From a bacterium (GTDB taxonomy: Bacteria > Sysuimicrobiota > Sysuimicrobiia > Sysuimicrobiales > Kaftiobacteriaceae), in assembly GCA_044868695.1 (NCBI GenBank), contig JBIOWP010000063.1, positions 1 to 32,019 of the forward strand: a DNA stretch of 32,019 nt. Reading direction: 5' to 3'. Position 1 is the first letter of the stretch. Every line of letters starts with the position of its first letter. A model generated the notes under the pieces. It did not search any database, was not told the DNA's origin, and was given only the letters and a program-made list of their open reading frames with translations. Made by a program: the position numbers and the translations under genes. Shown here one piece after another: positions 18,464-24,202 of this stretch.

Positions 18464-19861
18464 CTAGCTTCTCACGCCGCGGGGCACGCTGACCGTCCAC
18501 TCCGCCGCCCGCTCGAAAGCGTAGGCCACCTGCAGCACCCGCTCGTCCTCCAGCCACCGTCCGGCGATCTGCAGCCCAATTGGGAGCTCATCTTCAGCCG
18601 TGCCGCAGGGCACCGTGATCGCCGGCATCCCCGTGAGGTTGAACGGCGCCGTCCGCCGCGCCTCGATCACGCCCTCCTGACCCGCCACCGCGGGGTCCTC
18701 CTTGGGCGCCACCCAGGCCACGGTCGGCGCGATGAGCACCTCGACCTGCTCCAGCGCGGTCTCGCACTCCGCCATCAGCTTCGACCGGAAGCGCTGCGCG
18801 CGCACGTAGTCCGTGGCCGCGTACATCGCCCCCAGCTCCAGCTGCGCCCTGGTCATCGGCGCATAATCCTCCGGACGGGTCCGCAGCCAGCTTTCGTGCA
18901 CGGCCGTCGCCTCAGGCCCGATGACCGGCAGCAGCGCCTGATCGGAGTATAGGATGCTCGGCACGCTGACTTCCCACACCGTCGTCCCGCCGGTCCGGAA
19001 CACGCGCAGCGCGCGCTCAAACGCCGCGCGCACCCCGGGCCGCAGGTCGTCACCCATCAGCTCCTTGATCACGCCGACCCGTGCGCCGCGCAGCGTGCCC
19101 TCAATCACCTTCCGGGGATCAGGGATCGGCCCGTTCACGGCGGTCGGATCGTCCGGGTCCGACCCGGCGATCTCCTGCAGGACCGTTGCCGTATCTTCCA
19201 CTGTCCGGGTCAGAGGGCCGACGTGGTCGAGCGACCAGGAGAGCGGGAAGACTCCCGCGCGGCTCACCAGCCCGTACGTCGGCTTGTAGCCGACGATGCC
19301 GCAGTAGGATGCGGGGATGCGGATCGACCCGCCGGTGTCGGTCCCCAGCGCCGCGTACCCCATGCCGGCGGCGACCGACGACGCCGCGCCGCTGCTGGAC
19401 CCGCCGGCCGTCCTGGACGGATCCCAGGGGTTGTTGCACTGGCCGTAGTCCGGGTGGACGATGCCGTAGGCGAATTCCAGCAAGTTGGTCTTGCCCAGTA
19501 GCACCGCCCCGGCGTGCCGGAGTCGGCGCACGACCGTGGCGTCGCGCGAGGGCACGCGGTTGCGCAGGATGCGCGACGCGCAGGTGGTCTGCAGCCCGGC
19601 GGTGTCCATGTTGTCCTTCACCGACACGGGCACGCCGTGTAGCGGCCCGCGATCCTGCCCGGCCCGCAGCTCTTTCTCTGCCGCGCGGGCTTCGGTCAGC
19701 GCTTCCTCGCGCCGGACGCTGATCCAGGAATTCAGCGGCTTCTCGAACCGGTCGATCCGGTCGAAGATGATGCGGACGGCTTCAGCAGGCGACGCTTCCC
19801 GGGCGCGGTACTTTGCGCCCAGTTCCCTGATGCTGAGGAAGCAGAGCTCGTCGGCCGTCAT
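18464..19861 (-). CDS. Amidase signature family enzyme (GatA/AtzE-like)
   Basis: Ser-cisSer-Lys motifs GPLHGVPVSVKD, GGSSSG, GTDTGGSIRIPAS, GYKPTYG; C-terminal LPIGLQI. Confidence 0.94.
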   Translation of the reverse strand: MTADELCFLSIRELGAKYRAREASPAEAVRIIFDRIDRFEKPLNSWISVRREEALTEARAAEKELRAGQDRGPLHGVPVSVKDNMDTAGLQTTCASRILRNRVPSRDATVVRRLRHAGAVLLGKTNLLEFAYGIVHPDYGQCNNPWDPSRTAGGSSSGAASSVAAGMGYAALGTDTGGSIRIPASYCGIVGYKPTYGLVSRAGVFPLSWSLDHVGPLTRTVEDTATVLQEIAGSDPDDPTAVNGPIPDPRKVIEGTLRGARVGVIKELMGDDLRPGVRAAFERALRVFRTGGTTVWEVSVPSILYSDQALLPVIGPEATAVHESWLRTRPEDYAPMTRAQLELGAMYAATDYVRAQRFRSKLMAECETALEQVEVLIAPTVAWVAPKEDPAVAGQEGVIEARRTAPFNLTGMPAITVPCGTAEDELPIGLQIAGRWLEDERVLQVAYAFERAAEWTVSVPRGVRS

Positions 19862-20070
19862 CTGATGTCTCTATTCCGAGGGGGATAACGGAACGCGGCA
19901 GGCGGTTCGTGAGCCGTAACATCGACTTCTTCGAGCTTCACTGCGTCCTTCAGGATGCTTGCCACCAAGGGGACGAGCTCGTTCTCCCGACCCGCCGGGA
20001 GTGGCAGCCCGGCCGCGCTTGCGAGGTTTCTGACGACCTCTGGCGTGATCTTGACCCGCTTCGACTCCAT
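19858..20070 (-). CDS. Small GatC/AtzG-like amidase accessory subunit
   Basis: 70 aa; ITPEVVRNLASAAGLPL...L..VDV..HEP pattern resembles GatC; ATGA overlap with the amidase. Confidence 0.7.
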   Translation of the reverse strand: MESKRVKITPEVVRNLASAAGLPLPAGRENELVPLVASILKDAVKLEEVDVTAHEPPAAFRYPPRNRDIR

Positions 20071-20180
20071 CGCCGACCAATCTCCGTGATCCGCCTACGT
20101 CCTAGAGAAGAATCGGCAGGCCGACCCAAAAGATTAGATGGAGTAGGGCAAAGTCCCTAGTCCCAGTCCATAAATCCCGT

Positions 20181-21344
20181 TTACTGCTGCTTGACGCGCA
20201 GCGCCATCGCCAGCTTTCGCTCGACCTGCCACCTCCAGACCGTGACCCACAGCGCCCCAAACCCCGCCACCATGGCCACCAGACGCGCCACCCAGCCGTA
20301 GGGGAGGGCGAAGAGGACCGCCAGGATGAGGGTGCCGATGGCGACGGCCACATAGATGGAGACAGGTTTTCCGCGACCCCGCCCGATGGGGGCCGCCAGG
20401 ATTCTGCCGAGTGCGGTCGCGACAAAGGCCTGCGACGGGTAGACCATGGCCGCGAGCAGGAGCATGGCGGCCGCCGCCAGGGGGATCCCGATGACGGTGG
20501 CAGACAGGATGAACGAAACGACAGGGACCAGCACCAGCAGGATCACCCCCGCGAGGATGCTCATTGGGAACCGCTTGAGCGCGTTGCCGGCGACCTCGCG
20601 CGTCCCGTCTGGGGCGACGGCGACGATCGCCAGCCCGATCAGCATCAGCCCAAGGCCTTCCCAGATCCGCAGAACGAAGGCCGCCGGCAGCCCGAGCATC
20701 GTGAACTCTTGTTCGGAGGGCCGCGCCACCCGCTCGATCTTGCCTTTGATCTGAGCTCCCTGGCGGACCTCAGGCGGCAGCTCGCCAGAGTAGCGCACGT
20801 CGCCTGCGATGACCGCCGACGGCAGGATCGTTAGGCGCCGGGCGTCCACCCGCAGCCCGGCTCCGACGTTGCCTGCCACCACGATCGTGTCGCCGACCAG
20901 CCGCGCGTACCGGCCGATGTCTCCGGCGACCTCGATGCTTTGTCCGGCGGCAAGCAGGTCGCGGCCGACGCGCGTCTGCGGGGATACGGTCACCGCTACT
21001 CCCGCCACGACGACGTCAATCCCGACGGTGCTGTCGATGCTGACCCGCTGGCCTGCGGCGCGGATGGTCCGGCCGACCGCGCCGCTGACCTCCACCCTCC
21101 GGGCGGCGGCCAGGACCCCGCCGGTCACATCGCTCCCGAGGGTCACCGCGCGTCCCACAGCGGCCACATCCCCGTCGATCGCGCCCGTCACCGCCACCGT
21201 CTCCCCCGCGGCGTACAAGTCGTCGTGGAGACTTTCCGTGACCGTAACGTTCTGACCCGACTGAATCACAAACGCCATCGCCGGCAGCGCCATCCCCAGT
21301 ACCAGCGCCACGGCCATTAGTGCCCAAACACTCCGCCTGCCCAA
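20181..21344 (-). CDS. Polymer-forming cytoskeletal (bactofilin-like beta-helix) membrane protein
   Basis: Signal peptide, repeated 'DL.AAG..V.V.G.I.GD' beta-helix units and several C-terminal TM helices; SD AAGGAGG with TTG start. Confidence 0.8.
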   Translation of the reverse strand: MGRRSVWALMAVALVLGMALPAMAFVIQSGQNVTVTESLHDDLYAAGETVAVTGAIDGDVAAVGRAVTLGSDVTGGVLAAARRVEVSGAVGRTIRAAGQRVSIDSTVGIDVVVAGVAVTVSPQTRVGRDLLAAGQSIEVAGDIGRYARLVGDTIVVAGNVGAGLRVDARRLTILPSAVIAGDVRYSGELPPEVRQGAQIKGKIERVARPSEQEFTMLGLPAAFVLRIWEGLGLMLIGLAIVAVAPDGTREVAGNALKRFPMSILAGVILLVLVPVVSFILSATVIGIPLAAAAMLLLAAMVYPSQAFVATALGRILAAPIGRGRGKPVSIYVAVAIGTLILAVLFALPYGWVARLVAMVAGFGALWVTVWRWQVERKLAMALRVKQQ

Positions 21345-21361
21345 ACCACCGCCTCCTTTAT

Positions 21362-21393
21362 CTAATCCCTACTCCCTAATCCCTACTCCCGCA
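21362..21393. repeat. TCCCTA(A/C) heptamer tandem array
   Basis: CTAA TCCCTAC TCCCTAA TCCCTAC TCCCGCA between the stop at 21396 and the SD of the next gene. Confidence 0.8.
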
Positions 21394-21395
21394 GT

Positions 21396-22358
21396 TTAGG
21401 GTTTTGGTGGGTTCCATCTCCACACCGGCAGCAGCGTATCCACCGGCGCATAGTCATCCACGAGCAGCGGCACGTCCGACGTCGGGATCGGCGCCTCATA
21501 GTAGTCTGCCGCGTACGTGAAGAACTCCTTGTAAGTCACTTTCGGGGCCAGCTGCCGTGCCCTTATCAGTATCTCGCCGCGAGTCACGTTCCTCTCATCC
21601 GACGCCACCAGTATGATATTCCTGATGACGTCCGGGTCGAAGTACGGCCTGTACGACGTGGGGAACGGATAGAGCCCGGCAAACTCGCTGCCGAACGTCT
21701 TATACATCGCCCGAAATAAGGCGCTCCGCTCCCCGGTCAGCGCGCCAATGATGTTGGACACGAGGACCCCTCCCGGCGCCAGCCGCGACTTCGCCAGCTG
21801 CACGAACTCCCGGGTCGTCAGGTGGAAGGGGATCGAATCGGCGAAGTACGCGTCCAGGATGATGATGTCATACTGGTCCTGGGTTCTGCGGAGGAAAAGC
21901 CGCCCGTCCTGGACGTTGATCCGCAGCCGCGGGTCTTCCTGGAGTGCGAAGAACCGCTTCGCCACGTCCACCACCGCCGGGTCCAGCTCCGCCACGTCGA
22001 TGGTCATGTCCCGGTAATCCCGCCAGAACCGCTTCTGGACCGACCCGCCGCCCAGCCCGACCATCAACACTTTCTTGGCCTGCGGCCGGAAGATCAGCCC
22101 TAGGTGAACATACGCCGCGTACAGGAAGGGGCTGTCGTACGGATCAGCCAGGTACATCCCGCTCTGATACGAGCGGTCGAACCTCAAGTACCTGGCCGAT
22201 CCGTCTTCGGACACAACGATGTGATGGTAGACGCTGTCCGCTTCATAGATGAGGCGAAACCCACCCGTTCCCGGAATCCCTGCCGCCAGAGAAGCGGGAA
22301 TCGCGAGGCCCAGCAGCACGCCTGCCAGGCAAAGGTTGCGTTTCCGGAGGGGTGGCAC
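21396..22358 (-). CDS. Spermidine-synthase-like class I SAM-dependent transferase (family usually fused to an MFS-like domain)
   Basis: DSVYHHIVV, QSGM, VLMVGLGGG, VAELDPAV, QDGR.FL, YDIIILDAY, PFHLTTREF, LAPGGVLVSN, DDYAPV; N-terminal hydrophobic segment. Confidence 0.82.
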   Translation of the reverse strand: MPPLRKRNLCLAGVLLGLAIPASLAAGIPGTGGFRLIYEADSVYHHIVVSEDGSARYLRFDRSYQSGMYLADPYDSPFLYAAYVHLGLIFRPQAKKVLMVGLGGGSVQKRFWRDYRDMTIDVAELDPAVVDVAKRFFALQEDPRLRINVQDGRLFLRRTQDQYDIIILDAYFADSIPFHLTTREFVQLAKSRLAPGGVLVSNIIGALTGERSALFRAMYKTFGSEFAGLYPFPTSYRPYFDPDVIRNIILVASDERNVTRGEILIRARQLAPKVTYKEFFTYAADYYEAPIPTSDVPLLVDDYAPVDTLLPVWRWNPPKP

Positions 22359-22364
22359 ACGTTT

Positions 22365-22385
22365 ATTCTAATCCCTAATCCCGCC
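22365..22385. repeat. Short TCCCTAA heptamer array
   Basis: ATTCTAA TCCCTAA TCCCGCC. Confidence 0.55.
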
Positions 22386-22397
22386 GTGGCGTTTGCT

Positions 22398-22432
22398 GTC
22401 ATTGCGAGGGCCGAAGGCCCGTGGCAATCTCC
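22398..22432 (+). repeat. REP-like palindromic repeat, copy 2
   Basis: GTCATTGCGAGGGCC-GAA-GGCCCGTGGCAATCTCC. Confidence 0.85.
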
Positions 22433-22471
22433 ATAAGCCGCATTCAATCGCCCGTGGTACCATAGTGCCTG

Positions 22472-22825
22472 ATGGGGCTATTTCGCGTGTCCGCCCGCCT
22501 GACCGGGCCAACAGGCCGCAGCGAGCAGGTTGAACTACTCGTTGACAGCGGCGCTACTCTGCTCGTGGTTCCTCGGGATCTCGCCGACCGTCTGAGCGTT
22601 GTCCCCAAGCGTCAGCAGACGGTAGTGATCGCTGGAGGAAAGCGCGAGGTCTGGCCTGTGGCAGAAGTGCAGCTGAGCCTCGACGGCCAGCAGGTTACGA
22701 CCCCTTGTTTCGTCGCACCGGGAGGACCACCGCTGCTCGGCGCGGTGGCACTGGAGAGCCTGTTCCTCGCCATCGATCCAGTCGCAAAACGCCTCGTCCC
22801 TGTTGAAGGCTTCGTGGCAGGGTGA
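22472..22825 (+). CDS. Clan AA (retropepsin-like) aspartic protease, small prokaryotic type
   Basis: LLVDSGAT catalytic motif and PLLGAVALE (LLG motif), ..IDPV..RL C-terminus; 117 aa. Confidence 0.85.
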   Translation: MGLFRVSARLTGPTGRSEQVELLVDSGATLLVVPRDLADRLSVVPKRQQTVVIAGGKREVWPVAEVQLSLDGQQVTTPCFVAPGGPPLLGAVALESLFLAIDPVAKRLVPVEGFVAG

Positions 22826-22835
22826 GGGGTCGTTT

Positions 22836-22872
22836 GTCATCGCGAGGCCCCGAAGGGGCCGTGGCGATCTCC
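22836..22872 (+). repeat. REP-like palindromic repeat, copy 3
   Basis: GTCATCGCGAGGCCCC-GAA-GGGGCCGTGGCGATCTCC. Confidence 0.85.
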
Positions 22873-23079
22873 TTGGCCTCAGCGGCCTTCGAATATGGCT
22901 CGTAGCGCAGCGAGACTGCTCACCGCGCCACACCTGATCTGGGCGGCAGATTCCTTAAGGGCTCGCTGAAACTCTATGTCTCTCTGCTCCGCAGCGATTT
23001 CAAGGGAGTCCCTGCTCTGCCCAGTCTTCACGGATCACCTCGACACGCCCATTGATTCTATTCGATAGTACTCTTTGTT

Positions 23080-23116
23080 GTCATCGCGAGGCTCCGAAGG
23101 AGCCGTGGCGATCTCC
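23080..23116 (+). repeat. REP-like palindromic repeat, copy 4
   Basis: GTCATCGCGAGGCTCC-GAA-GGAGCCGTGGCGATCTCC. Confidence 0.85.
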
Positions 23117-23135
23117 TCAGAACCCACCCCACGGA

Positions 23136-23171
23136 GTATGGTATAATCCATACAAGTATGGATATAGGAGG
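23136..23171 (+). promoter_or_regulatory. Extended -10 promoter with an overlapping palindromic operator and SD for the TA operon
   Basis: TGgTATAAT (23139-23147), inverted repeat ATCCATAC-AA-GTATGGAT (23146-23163), a third GTATGG half-site at 23136-23141, AGGAGG at 23166-23171. Confidence 0.75.
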
Positions 23172-23176
23172 ATTCT

Positions 23177-23446
23177 GTGAAGAAGGCTCAGTTCACCATC
23201 GACGGTGAGACCTCGCGCCTCATAGAAGCTTTGGCGAGGCAGCGGGCCGGCAACAAGAGTTTTGTTGTGCGCGAGGCCGTTCGGCGCATGGCCGAGCAGG
23301 AGGGGTTTGAGGGGTACCTTGACTGGTTGGAGCAGCAGCCCCAGGTGCGCACATCGCTCGAGCGAGGGCTCGCGGATCTGAAGGAAGGTCGCATGGTTCC
23401 ACACAAGCAGGTCGTAAGACGTGCCGGAAGATCAGCACGCCGGTAG
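23177..23446 (+). CDS. Ribbon-helix-helix (CopG-like) antitoxin
   Basis: MKKAQFTID beta-strand plus NKSFVVREAV helix; C-terminal 'LERGLADLKEGRMVPH..V' typical of ParD/RelB-type antitoxins; strong SD. Confidence 0.82.
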   Translation: MKKAQFTIDGETSRLIEALARQRAGNKSFVVREAVRRMAEQEGFEGYLDWLEQQPQVRTSLERGLADLKEGRMVPHKQVVRRAGRSARR

Positions 23447-23693
23447 GCCTGTCCGATGGACAAACGAGGCCATCGTGGCTTTGGCTTCGCTATCGACGGC
23501 CGTACGGCGGTCTATGCTCGACAGGATTGAAATGGTAGCCCAATTTCCGGCCATGTATCCTGCCCGCCAGCGAGGCCGATTCACAGATCTCCGCTACTTT
23601 GTCGTCGCCCGGAAGTGGATTGTCTACTACCACGCCGAAGAGAGCGCCATCTCTATCGTTACTATTGTCCCGGCCCTATCTCGGCCGAAGTGA
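23421..23693 (+). CDS. RelE/ParE-superfamily toxin
   Basis: VRWTNEA..L, IEMVAQFP.M, LRYFVV..WIVYY, ISIVTIV; about 90 aa; overlaps the antitoxin 3' end. Confidence 0.78.
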   Translation: MPEDQHAGRPVRWTNEAIVALASLSTAVRRSMLDRIEMVAQFPAMYPARQRGRFTDLRYFVVARKWIVYYHAEESAISIVTIVPALSRPK

Positions 23694-23715
23694 TTCGAAC
23701 GGTGGAGGCTAACCC

Positions 23716-24180
23716 ATGAGCGAGGCAGTCTACATCTCAAAGGTAAAGGTTCATCAAGAGAAACGCCCCAAGCGTCGGGCCTACGTGGCCGGCTTCAAGG
23801 ATCCCATCTACTTCGGCGTCCACGCAGAAGTCGCCGATTTTTACAAAATGACCCCCGACGAGGAACTACCCTCGACCCTCGACTACCTGGTGGCCGCGGC
23901 GGCCGGCTGACTCACCGGCACCCTTGCCGGCGCGCTGGAAGCGCGCGGGATACCCAGTCACCCCGACAAGCTCTGGACCGAAGCCGAGGGCACCGTCGCC
24001 GCCCCCGAAGGCGTGCTCAAGGTGACGCACATCCGCGTTAAGTACCATTTGAGGATCCCAAAGGGCAAGCGCGAAGAGGCCGACCGCGCCCTCGCCGTCT
24101 TCGAACGCCGCTGCCCCGTGGCGCAGACGCTGAAGGGCTGCGTTACCATCGAGCACGAGTCAGAAATCATCGAGGAGTAG
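23716..24180 (+). CDS. OsmC/Ohr-family protein, probable selenoprotein (Sec65 encoded by in-frame UGA 23908-23910)
   Basis: SD GGAGG; reading through TGA gives a 154 aa ORF ...PSTLDYLVAAAAG-U-LTGTLAGALEARGI...THIRVKY...AVFERRCPVAQTL...EE*, matching the OsmC pattern P.ELLLAALAGC...CPV..TL. A hairpin follows the UGA. Confidence 0.85.
23911..23948 (+). promoter_or_regulatory. Candidate bacterial SECIS element
   Basis: GCGCGCT-GGA-AGCGCGC 7-bp stem (23930-23946) with G as the first loop base about 26 nt after the UGA; alternative proximal hairpin CCGGCA-CCCT-TGCCGG (23915-23930). Confidence 0.6.
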
Positions 24181-24202
24181 TCTGAGTATGGCTTAGGGTC
24201 GC

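Noticed and set aside
18464..20070. gatC-gatA of the tRNA-dependent amidotransferase
   Set aside because: There is no gatB, GatA-specific motifs differ, and the context is catabolic/transport.
22472..22825. Retroelement origin of the retropepsin-like protease
   Set aside because: There is no reverse transcriptase, integrase or LTR; small stand-alone clan AA proteases are common in prokaryotes.
22398..23116. CRISPR array interpretation of the 35-37 nt palindromic repeats
   Set aside because: Spacing is about 200-400 bp and irregular, one interval contains a gene, the repeats vary in sequence, and no cas genes are present.
23716..23910. 64-aa hypothetical protein or OsmC pseudogene
   Set aside because: The stop is UGA exactly at the conserved Cys position, the downstream frame is intact and a SECIS-like stem follows, so Sec read-through is the better explanation. 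A nonsense mutation is not formally excluded.
23908..23910. Genome-wide UGA reassignment (genetic code 4 or 25)
   Set aside because: Many genes here end in TGA at their expected C-termini, often in ATGA overlaps.
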